Translations under genes and position numbers: made by a program
The notes under the pieces: generated by a model
The model's input: only the letters and a program-made list of their open reading frames with translations
Told to the model about the DNA's origin: nothing
Databases searched by the model: none
Shown here: positions 8,810 through 16,928 of the stretch, piece by piece
Layout: each line of letters starts with the position of its first letter
Position numbering within the stretch: position 1 is the stretch's first letter
NCBI GenBank assembly: GCA_034716155.1
Contig: JAYEFR010000108.1
Location: 1 to 61,820, forward strand
Length of the DNA stretch: 61,820 nt
Direction of reading: 5' to 3'
Source: Thermodesulfobacteriota bacterium
GTDB lineage: Bacteria; Desulfobacterota; Desulfomonilia; UBA1062

Positions 8810-9583
8810 ATGATGCTAAATGAGGTTACTATAACAAGAGCTATACTAGATACCTATCTAAGTAAGCTTAAGAGTGCCCTTGAACTTGATGTTGCTATAG
8901 TAGGTGCCGGGCCATCAGGCCTTGTAGCCGGCTATTATCTGGCAAAGGCAGGCAAGAAAGTCGGACTCTTTGAGAAAAAGCTCTCAGTCGGCGGTGGTAT
9001 GTGGTGCGGGGGCATGATGTTTAATGAACTCGTTGTACAGGATGCAGCAAGACCATTGGTAGAGGAATTCGGTGTAAGGCTAAAAAAATTTGAAGAAAGT
9101 TACTATACTATTGACTCAATTGAGACTGTATCTTCGCTTACATACCACGCAATCGAGGCTGGCTTGAAGATATTTAACCTGATAACAATAGAAGATATAG
9201 TGTTTAAGGACGGTCATGTATCCGGGCTTGTGATTAACTGGGCACCTGTAGAAATGACAGGGCTTTCTATAGATCCTTTGACCTTGCATTCACAATTTGT
9301 AATAGATGCGACAGGGCATCCTGCAAATGTAACAGAGGCGCTGGTAAAAAAGATGGGCGTAAAACTCAATACTGAAACCGGCAAGATAATAGGCGAGAAA
9401 TCTATGGATGCTAACCTTGGAGAAATAAATACCGTTGAGAATACCAAAGAGGCATTTCCGGGGTTATATGTATCTGGAATGGCGGCCAATGCAGTGTTTG
9501 GGGGATACAGGATGGGGCCGATATTTGGAGGGATGTTTTTGTCGGGCAAAAAGGCAGCAGAAGAGATAATAAAAAGACTTTAG
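8810..9583 (+). CDS. thi4: Thi4-type thiazole (ADP-thiazole) synthase
   Basis: GAGPSG, GGGMWx[19 protein letters not shown]; GGAGG RBS at 8801; upstream of thiE and thiC. Confidence 0.92.
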   Translation: MMLNEVTITRAILDTYLSKLKSALELDVAIVGAGPSGLVAGYYLAKAGKKVGLFEKKLSVGGGMWCGGMMFNELVVQDAARPLVEEFGVRLKKFEESYYTIDSIETVSSLTYHAIEAGLKIFNLITIEDIVFKDGHVSGLVINWAPVEMTGLSIDPLTLHSQFVIDATGHPANVTEALVKKMGVKLNTETGKIIGEKSMDANLGEINTVENTKEAFPGLYVSGMAANAVFGGYRMGPIFGGMFLSGKKAAEEIIKRL

Positions 9584-9585
9584 TA

Positions 9586-10614
9586 ATGAATTCCAATCTA
9601 TACAGAATCGTCGATGCGAATATAAACCGGGTTACAGAAGGCTTACGGGTTGTGGAGGATGTCTTCAGGTTTTACTATGATAATAAGACATTTCAGGGGA
9701 GGCTAAAGGCCTTGAGGCACAGTGTAGCTGCAGGTCTTGATCAGCATGAGTTTATCAATCATAGGAGACCGACTGACGATGTAGGCTTTGCCGGCAAGGG
9801 AAAACTGGAATTTGATAGGGCATCTGTGCAGGATATCATAAGGTCAAATATGAAAAGGGCTCAAGAAGGGCTGCGTGTCTTAGAAGAGGCCTTTAAAATG
9901 GAATATCCCCATACTGCGCAAGACATGAAGAGGCTGCGCTATGATGTGTATCAGATAGAAAAGGATATCCATAAATTCAGGCCAATGCCCATACTAAAAA
10001 AAGGATTGTATCTAATCCTTACGAATCCATCAACCCCAGGCGGATATAAAGAGATGGCCGAACTTGCAGTCAAGGCAAACCTCCCCGCACTGCAACTGAG
10101 GTATAAAGGTGATAATGATAAAGAATTTTTAGATGTTGCACTTCAGATAAGGCAGATCACATCTAAAACAAATACAGCCTTTATCGTAAATGACAGGGTT
10201 GATATCGCCTTGATCTCACATGCAGATGGCGTGCATCTGGGGCAAAAGGATATTCCCCCTGAAAAGGCAAGGAATATCCTCGGGGAAGAACGTATCATCG
10301 GGCTGTCTACACATAATCTTGGACAGGTAAAAACGGCTTGCGAGCTTCCTATAGATTATATTGGATTTGGCCCTGTATGGCATACTGCATCCAAGGCCAA
10401 GGCGGATCCTGCCACAGGTATTAAAGGGCTAAGAAAATGTGTAAACATATCAAAATTCCCTGTTGTTGCAATAGGAGGGATTGACGGTAAACGCTTAAGA
10501 GATATTTCCGGGATCCCGTGCAATAATATTGCAGTGCTAAGTGCAGTGAAAGATGCACAAGACCCATATAAAGAAATGGTTGGCCTAAACAGAACATTTC
10601 TGGAGCGATCATGA
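9586..10614 (+). CDS. thiE: Thiamine-phosphate synthase with N-terminal helical (ThiD2-type) domain
   Basis: RIVDANINRVTEGLRVVED N-domain; QLRYK, NDRVD, GVHLGQKD, GLSTH, VAIGGI. Confidence 0.9.
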   Translation: MNSNLYRIVDANINRVTEGLRVVEDVFRFYYDNKTFQGRLKALRHSVAAGLDQHEFINHRRPTDDVGFAGKGKLEFDRASVQDIIRSNMKRAQEGLRVLEEAFKMEYPHTAQDMKRLRYDVYQIEKDIHKFRPMPILKKGLYLILTNPSTPGGYKEMAELAVKANLPALQLRYKGDNDKEFLDVALQIRQITSKTNTAFIVNDRVDIALISHADGVHLGQKDIPPEKARNILGEERIIGLSTHNLGQVKTACELPIDYIGFGPVWHTASKAKADPATGIKGLRKCVNISKFPVVAIGGIDGKRLRDISGIPCNNIAVLSAVKDAQDPYKEMVGLNRTFLERS

Positions 10615-11894
10615 CATTAATAAAAAAGGCAAAAAAAGGCATTATTACTGACGAGATGAAGGCTGTGGCAAAATACGAAGGAGTAGATCCTGCCATTATC
10701 AGGGATGGAATCGCTAATGGGACAATAATAATCCCCAAAAACAAGTTGCGGTCATTTAAATACATAAGAGGCATAGGTAAAGGCCTGCGCACAAAGGTTA
10801 ATGCAAATATAGGTTCGTCACCATATCATATGGATGTGGATGAGGAGGTTGAAAAACTTGAGGTGGCCGTGAAATACGGGGCTGATTCAATCATGGATCT
10901 TTCATTGGGCTCTAAGCTGATAAAGATCAGGAGGGAAATACTCAAAGAATCAGGCGTAATGGTTGGCACTGTTCCTATCTATCAGACTGCCTTCGAGCTC
11001 TCTGCAAGAAAAAGAGATATTACAGAGATGGGCATCGGTGACTTTCTTGCCACGGTGGAAAGACAGGCAAAAGAAGGTGTGGACTTTATGACCATACACT
11101 CAGGGGTAATAATGAATGCCCTTAGTGCAATGGAAAATCAGAAAAGGGTATTGGATGTAGTAAGCAGGGGAGGGGCTTTTTTGATTGCATGGATGCGCAA
11201 AAACAAAAGACAATCTCCACTCTATGAGTTTTATGATGATATACTGGACATACTTGCTTCATATGATGTAACGATCTCCTTGGGTGACGGGCTACGGCCA
11301 GGCGCAATAGCGGATGCCACTGACAGGGCGCAGATAACGGAACTTGTCAGCCTTGGAGAACTCTGTCAGCGGGCATGGGATAAGGGCGTGCAGGTGATGA
11401 TAGAAGGCCCCGGGCATGTCCCGCTTAATATGGTGCAGGAAAATATGGAGTTGCAGAAGGCATTAACCAATAATGCGCCTTTTTATGTATTAGGCCCTTT
11501 AGTCACTGATATTGCATCTGGTTATGATCACATTGCAGGGGCTATAGGTGGAGCACTTGCAGCATATTATGGGGCTGATTTTTTATGTTATGTAACGCCA
11601 TCAGAGCACCTGAAACTGCCCGGCGTCGATGATGTTATGGAAGGGGTTATTGCATTCAGGATCGCCGCTCATGCAGCTGATCTTGCCAAGGGTATGAGCT
11701 ATGCTGTAGAGATGGACAAAAAGATGTCAAAGGCAAGAAAAGATCTGGACTGGAAGCAGCAGATAGAAATGTCGATAAATCCTGGTAAGGCAAAAGAATA
11801 CAGGGAGACCAGTGAAATAGGCACCCACAAAGAGTGCACAATGTGTGGAGATTACTGTGCTATAAAAAAGATGAAAGAGTCTGACAGTAAGTAA
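10611..11894 (+). CDS. thiC: Phosphomethylpyrimidine synthase
   Basis: TKVNANIG, SRGG, IEGPGH, YDHI, YVTPSEHL, CTMCGDYC. Confidence 0.93.
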   Translation: MTLIKKAKKGIITDEMKAVAKYEGVDPAIIRDGIANGTIIIPKNKLRSFKYIRGIGKGLRTKVNANIGSSPYHMDVDEEVEKLEVAVKYGADSIMDLSLGSKLIKIRREILKESGVMVGTVPIYQTAFELSARKRDITEMGIGDFLATVERQAKEGVDFMTIHSGVIMNALSAMENQKRVLDVVSRGGAFLIAWMRKNKRQSPLYEFYDDILDILASYDVTISLGDGLRPGAIADATDRAQITELVSLGELCQRAWDKGVQVMIEGPGHVPLNMVQENMELQKALTNNAPFYVLGPLVTDIASGYDHIAGAIGGALAAYYGADFLCYVTPSEHLKLPGVDDVMEGVIAFRIAAHAADLAKGMSYAVEMDKKMSKARKDLDWKQQIEMSINPGKAKEYRETSEIGTHKECTMCGDYCAIKKMKESDSK

Positions 11895-11919
11895 CATATA
11901 TTAGGTTTACGCCAAATAG

Positions 11920-12798
11920 GTGAAGATTGTGAAACATCCCTTAGTGATCATAGTGACAGGGCTTTCAGGTTCAGGCAAGAGCACTGCGTTGAAGGCTATC
12001 GAAGACGCAGGTTTTTTTTGCATGGACAATATCCCGATAGATCTGCTTATGAAATTTGTTGAAGTATATGATTTCGCCTCTTTAAATATGACAAAAATTT
12101 GCCTCGGCATGGATGTGAGAGGAGAGGCATTCTCCTTTGCGGAAAAGGCGCCTGACGCCTTTAATATGTTACGTGATTTGGCCAGCTCATTCAGGCTGAT
12201 ATTCTTGGAAGCCAAAGGAGAGGCCATTCTAAATCGGTTTAAGGAATCCAGACGAAGGCATCCTTTAAGCGATTCATATCCTGGTTTGGTAAATGCGATA
12301 GAAAAAGAGGTGTCTATAATGGCACAGGTGCGGGCCCAGGCAGATTATATCATCGATACAACAGATATGAATGTACATGACTTGGCAACCAGGATATCTG
12401 ATATAGTCTCACATGTTGATAAGTCCAGGGACATGTATATACAGGTGAGTTCCTTTGGGTTTAAGGCAGGGCTGCCAATGGATGCTGATATTGTTATGGA
12501 TGTAAGATTTTTACCAAATCCATATTTTATTGAGGGCCTGAAAGATAAGACAGGAAGAGATAGTGAGGTAAAAAAATTCTTGAGATCCTCCACCAGTTAT
12601 GTTGAATTTATGAACAAGTGGAAGGATCTGATAAGAGATATATTGCCGCTTTGCAAGAAAGAGGGAAGGGCATACTTAAATATTGCTGTAGGGTGTACAG
12701 GAGGTAGACATAGGTCAGTAGCTGTGGCGGAAGAGATCAGGGAAGTAATAGAAAACGAAGGTTTTAATTGTGGGATCACACACAGGGATCTGGATTAA
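11920..12798 (+). CDS. rapZ: RNase adapter RapZ-family P-loop protein
   Basis: TGLSGSGKS, RRRHP, SFGFK, DVRFLPNP, GCTGGRHRS. Confidence 0.93.
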   Translation: MKIVKHPLVIIVTGLSGSGKSTALKAIEDAGFFCMDNIPIDLLMKFVEVYDFASLNMTKICLGMDVRGEAFSFAEKAPDAFNMLRDLASSFRLIFLEAKGEAILNRFKESRRRHPLSDSYPGLVNAIEKEVSIMAQVRAQADYIIDTTDMNVHDLATRISDIVSHVDKSRDMYIQVSSFGFKAGLPMDADIVMDVRFLPNPYFIEGLKDKTGRDSEVKKFLRSSTSYVEFMNKWKDLIRDILPLCKKEGRAYLNIAVGCTGGRHRSVAVAEEIREVIENEGFNCGITHRDLD

Positions 12799-12812
12799 GG
12801 GGGTGTAGGGAT

Positions 12813-13226
12813 ATGGTTGGTATAGTAATAGTTGCTCACGGAAGACTTGCACAAGCTCTTAAGGAAGCTGCGGAGATGATAGTGGGCCCAGGCAATCAAT
12901 TGAAGTCCTGTTCGTTCGCTCAAGAGAATAGTGTAGATTCACTCAGAAAGATGTTAAAGACATCTATTAAGGATGTAGATGATGGCGATGGCGTTATTAT
13001 CTTAACAGACATGTTTGGAGGGACCCCATCAAATATCAGTCTCTCTTTCTTGGAACATGACAAGCTTGAAGTTGTGACTGGCGTAAACTTACCCATGGTT
13101 ATAAATGCCCTCACAAAAAGAGAAGGCAAAAAGATAGGAGAACTGGTTCATCTATTAAAGGATAGTGGGTGTAAAAATATCCATATTGCCTCAGAAGTCT
13201 TGGCTACAAATTTGAATAAGTCATGA
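12813..13226 (+). CDS. PTS mannose/fructose-family EIIA
   Basis: VAHG, TDMFGGTPSN, GVNLPM. Confidence 0.92.
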   Translation: MVGIVIVAHGRLAQALKEAAEMIVGPGNQLKSCSFAQENSVDSLRKMLKTSIKDVDDGDGVIILTDMFGGTPSNISLSFLEHDKLEVVTGVNLPMVINALTKREGKKIGELVHLLKDSGCKNIHIASEVLATNLNKS

Positions 13227-13711
13227 ACCTTAGTTTGGTCAGGGTAGATGATAGATTTATCCATGGTCAAATCCTTGAAGCTTGGATACCCTATCTAAAT
13301 GCCCAAGGTGTGATAGTAGCAAACGACTATCTTGCATCAAACGATTTCCAAAGGGCTATTATATCCATGGCAATACCTGACAGGATTACCTTTAAGATAA
13401 TCTCGATAGAAAAGACGCCTACCTTGGCGGATGACCCTCTATTTAAAGGCAAGAAGACGCTACTTATTGTATCTTCTATCAAGGATGCATACAAGATATA
13501 CCAAAAAGGTGCTACTTTTAAAAAACTCAATATTGGAAACCTAAAGATGAAAGATGAATGTAAGCAGCTGTCTTTTTCGGTCTGGGTCGATCATGAAGAT
13601 GTAAATATCTTGAAGACGTTTATAGAAGATGGGGTGTCTATAAGTTTGCAATCTGTTCCAAGGGAGCGGGATATAGATTTAGGTACTATAATAGAGATGA
13701 TAGACATATGA
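13223..13711 (+). CDS. PTS mannose/sorbose-family EIIB
   Basis: RVDDRFIHGQ, LNIGN. Confidence 0.9.
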   Translation: MNLSLVRVDDRFIHGQILEAWIPYLNAQGVIVANDYLASNDFQRAIISMAIPDRITFKIISIEKTPTLADDPLFKGKKTLLIVSSIKDAYKIYQKGATFKKLNIGNLKMKDECKQLSFSVWVDHEDVNILKTFIEDGVSISLQSVPRERDIDLGTIIEMIDI

Positions 13712-14388
13712 TCGCATCTATTATTATAAGTATCATAATAGGATCCATATTATGGCTTGATAGGACCTTTCTGTTCCAATTTTTGGTATCTCGCCCTGTA
13801 ATTATTGGATGCATATTAGGATTTATTATGAAAGATATAACCACAGGCCTTTTGGTGGGGGCGAGTCTGGAATTGCTATGGCTTAATGCTCCGCCTGTAG
13901 GGGCGCATATACCTCAGGATAACTCCTTTTGTGCCATAGTTGCAATACCTGTGGCATGTACTGCTGCCATGTTTCTACCTACACCTTGTGCAGCAGGTCT
14001 GGCTTTAGTTGTGAGTATCCCAACTGCTACATTGGGCAGCCTACTGGATTCACGTATAAGAAGATCTAATGAAAGATTCTTACACAGCAATCAACCCGAC
14101 AAGTACACTGAAATGTATATAGGCAGTGTAATGAGAAAGGCCATCTTACGGGCATTTTCTTATGCCCTTGTAGCTATTGGCTCGACAACAACAGGACTAT
14201 GTTACATGGTATACTTGATTGGCGATGGATTGCCAGACTTCCTTGAGTCGGCCCTTTCCTATCTGCCTTATATAAGCATCCTTATAGGACTGGTAGGGAT
14301 TATAAGGTCTCAAAGACCTCTAAAGACAACTGCGTTTGCCTTTTGTCTGGGCATTTCACTAGTCATATTAATTAGATGGATACATTAA
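13708..14388 (+). CDS. PTS mannose-family EIIC-like membrane protein
   Basis: LDR..QF.VSRP, GASLELLW, PVGAHIP. Confidence 0.8.
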   Translation: MIASIIISIIIGSILWLDRTFLFQFLVSRPVIIGCILGFIMKDITTGLLVGASLELLWLNAPPVGAHIPQDNSFCAIVAIPVACTAAMFLPTPCAAGLALVVSIPTATLGSLLDSRIRRSNERFLHSNQPDKYTEMYIGSVMRKAILRAFSYALVAIGSTTTGLCYMVYLIGDGLPDFLESALSYLPYISILIGLVGIIRSQRPLKTTAFAFCLGISLVILIRWIH

Positions 14389-14391
14389 CTA

Positions 14392-14505
14392 TAAGCGTTC
14401 AGCACTCAGCTAACAGTCCTGCGCAAGTTAAAGGAAAACAATGTATTTATTCAAAAACTGCTGCATTCGCAATTGAAGGTTTTGCTTTTACTGAAAGCTG
14501 GCTAA
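14392..14505. repeat. Decayed 7-mer-arm miniature element
   Basis: TAAGCGTTCAGCACTCAGCTAACAG at left and CTGAAAGCTGGCTAAC at right, roughly inverted. Confidence 0.35.
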
Positions 14506-14508
14506 CAT

Positions 14509-14967
14509 ATGGCTGAAGACTTACCATTAATCATACGTAAGGCAAAAGAAGGGGATATCTTAGACATCTTGCAAATTGAGAACGTATCATTTGTTTCACC
14601 ATGGGATGAAGATACATTTATCTCTATCTTAAATGATACCACCTGTAAAAGTATTGTTGCTCTAATCCCCTCAGATGTATTGGCTGGATATTGTTTTGCA
14701 CTTGAGATGAGAAACATGATACACTTGTTGAATCTGGCTGTTAGACCTGAATACAGGAGGAAAGGTATAGGGAGATGTCTTGTAGAGGAAATTATATCTC
14801 TGGCTGCTTTATCCAACCGGAAGAGTATATTTTTAGAGGTGAGAGTGAACAATGACTCTGCTAAATGCCTGTATAGGGCTATGGGATTTCACCATGTATG
14901 CACATGGGAGCGTTACTATACAGATACGGGAGAAGATGCAGAGGTCATGGCCAAGAAGTTGAGTTAG
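14509..14967 (+). CDS. rimI: Ribosomal protein S18 alanine N-acetyltransferase
   Basis: SF..PW, NLAV.P.YRRKGIG, LEVR..N, RYY.DTGEDA. Confidence 0.88.
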   Translation: MAEDLPLIIRKAKEGDILDILQIENVSFVSPWDEDTFISILNDTTCKSIVALIPSDVLAGYCFALEMRNMIHLLNLAVRPEYRRKGIGRCLVEEIISLAALSNRKSIFLEVRVNNDSAKCLYRAMGFHHVCTWERYYTDTGEDAEVMAKKLS

Positions 14968-15005
14968 GGAGTTGGGAGTTTATATGAAAATAGGCACAAA
15001 GCTTT

Positions 15006-15248
15006 GTAGGGGCCGATGCCCTCATCGGCCCGTTCGGGGAAGTATGCCCTACAGGGATAAAATCTGTATGAAAATGCCATATTTTCATACTTGGTTGTGG
15101 CCGGTAGGCCATGGCAGTTTATATGAAAGCAGGGGTCAGGGACCAGCATTCAGCTGTAGGGGCAATCCTATGTGATTGCCATATGTTTGCAGGGCAGGCA
15201 CACAGACCTGCCCCTACGATTTCTTGGTTCCGGCTTGTCCGGGTTAGG
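15006..15248. repeat. Cluster of GTAG-type REP/REPIN-like palindromes plus a probable MITE end
   Basis: GTAGGGGCCGATGCCCTCATCGGCCC...GCCCTAC (15006-15052); GTAGGGGCAATCCTATGTGATTGCC...GGGCAGGCACACAGACCTGCCCCTAC (15156-15217); GGTTCCGGCTTGTCCGGGTTAGG (15226-15248). Confidence 0.75.
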
Positions 15249-15250
15249 AG

Positions 15251-16015
15251 ATGCCTTGGGTGAAAGATCTTGAGTGCGGTATTATAAAAAATGATAAGGT
15301 CGCGCATGACACATATCTACTTACCCTGAAATGTAGTGAAGGTATCGATGCATGGATGCCCGGGCAATTTGTTATGATAAAGGTGGCAAGTGCAATTCAT
15401 CCGTTCCTCAGGCGTCCATTTGCCATACTTGGATATTCTGATGGCCTGTTAGATGTGCTCTATAAAGTAATAGGGCAGGGCACATACACACTCTCTAATA
15501 TGCATTCAGGAGATAAGTTGTGGGTCTTTGGCCCTTTGGGTAAGGGGTTCTGCCTTCCTGAAGCCAATGAGGAAATCTTTTATGTGGCGGGCGGGACTGG
15601 GCTGCCCCCCATATTTTCATTAGCTCATCACCTGGAAAAAGGACACATCTTGATAGGTGCAAAGACCATGAATGGCCTGGCGTTGGTGAAAACAATATGC
15701 AACATCCCCAATATAAAGGCATCTTTTACTACAGAGGACGGTTCCTTTGGTTCTAAGGGGTTGGTAACGGATGTACTTGAAAAATCCGTAAATACCTCCC
15801 CATCCATAATATACGCATGTGGGCCTTATGATATGTTAAAAAAGACCTATATGATTGCAAAAAGATATGGTACCAGATGCCAGGTGTCTCTTGAAGAACA
15901 TATGGCATGCGGATTTGGTGTGTGCAGGGGTTGTGTAGTAGAAACAATCGCCGGCAACATGCAAGTCTGCAAAGATGGCCCGATCTTTGATGCCACAGAT
16001 ATTATCTGGAGATAG
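15251..16015 (+). CDS. pyrK: Dihydroorotate dehydrogenase electron transfer subunit
   Basis: PGQF, RRPF, GPLG, GGTG, CGP, MACGFGVCRGC, VCKDGPIF. Confidence 0.93.
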   Translation: MPWVKDLECGIIKNDKVAHDTYLLTLKCSEGIDAWMPGQFVMIKVASAIHPFLRRPFAILGYSDGLLDVLYKVIGQGTYTLSNMHSGDKLWVFGPLGKGFCLPEANEEIFYVAGGTGLPPIFSLAHHLEKGHILIGAKTMNGLALVKTICNIPNIKASFTTEDGSFGSKGLVTDVLEKSVNTSPSIIYACGPYDMLKKTYMIAKRYGTRCQVSLEEHMACGFGVCRGCVVETIAGNMQVCKDGPIFDATDIIWR

Positions 16016-16017
16016 GA

Positions 16018-16926
16018 ATGGATACTACTATAAAACTTGCACAAGGGCTTGAATTAAAAAACCCGGTGATGAATGCATCCGGTACATTTGCCTATGGTGA
16101 GGAATTCTCTAAGCTCTTTGACCTGTCCATAATGGGAGGAATCATAACAAAGGGGTTATCTCTACTGCCAAAAAAAGGTAATCCCCCTCCACGTATAGTG
16201 GAGACTCCATGCGGGCTCATTAATTCTATTGGCCTTGAAAATATAGGGGTAGAGGCCTTTTTGAATGATAAGCTCCCATTTCTTATGCAATTCAAAACCC
16301 CTGTCATTGTCAACTTTTTTGGCAGCACCGAAGATGAATATGTGCAGTGTGCCAGGAGGCTCTCTACCAAAGGGATAGATGCATTGGAGATGAATGTATC
16401 CTGTCCTAATGTAAAATCAGGAGGAATCGAATTTGGTACAGACCCACACACATTATATGCCCTGGTAAGGAAGGTAAGAGATGCGACCCTTAAACCCTTA
16501 CTGATAAAGCTTTCTCCTTTGGTGGGTGATATATCAAAGATAGCCTCTTCAGCCCAAGACGCAGGGGCAGATGCCATTACCTGCACAAATACCATACCGG
16601 CTATGGCTATTGATGAAGAGTTATGGAGACCAGTCCTGGGGAATATAACCGGCGGCCTGTCAGGCCCCGCTATAAAACCAATAGCGCTGCGCATGGTTTG
16701 GGAGATATCCCGCAAGCTTGATATCCCTGTTGTAGGCTCAGGCGGAATTGCTTCAGTAGCTGATGTAATACAATTTATGCTGGCAGGAGCATCTGCTGTT
16801 GAGATAGGAAGTTTTTCTCTAAGAGAGCCCTATTGCTTTCCTGATATCATAAATGGGCTCACTCAATACATGGAAGAACATAGTATAGACACCATACGAG
16901 ATGTAATTGGGAAACTTAAAATGTAA
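16018..16926 (+). CDS. pyrD: Dihydroorotate dehydrogenase B catalytic subunit
   Basis: ASGTF, GNPPPRIVET, NVSCPN, KLSP, GGLSGPAIKP. Confidence 0.95.
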   Translation: MDTTIKLAQGLELKNPVMNASGTFAYGEEFSKLFDLSIMGGIITKGLSLLPKKGNPPPRIVETPCGLINSIGLENIGVEAFLNDKLPFLMQFKTPVIVNFFGSTEDEYVQCARRLSTKGIDALEMNVSCPNVKSGGIEFGTDPHTLYALVRKVRDATLKPLLIKLSPLVGDISKIASSAQDAGADAITCTNTIPAMAIDEELWRPVLGNITGGLSGPAIKPIALRMVWEISRKLDIPVVGSGGIASVADVIQFMLAGASAVEIGSFSLREPYCFPDIINGLTQYMEEHSIDTIRDVIGKLKM

Positions 16927-16928
16927 TT

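Noticed and set aside
14964-15307. Short 61-67 aa ORFs between rimI and pyrK
   Set aside because: They are translations of REP-like repeats.
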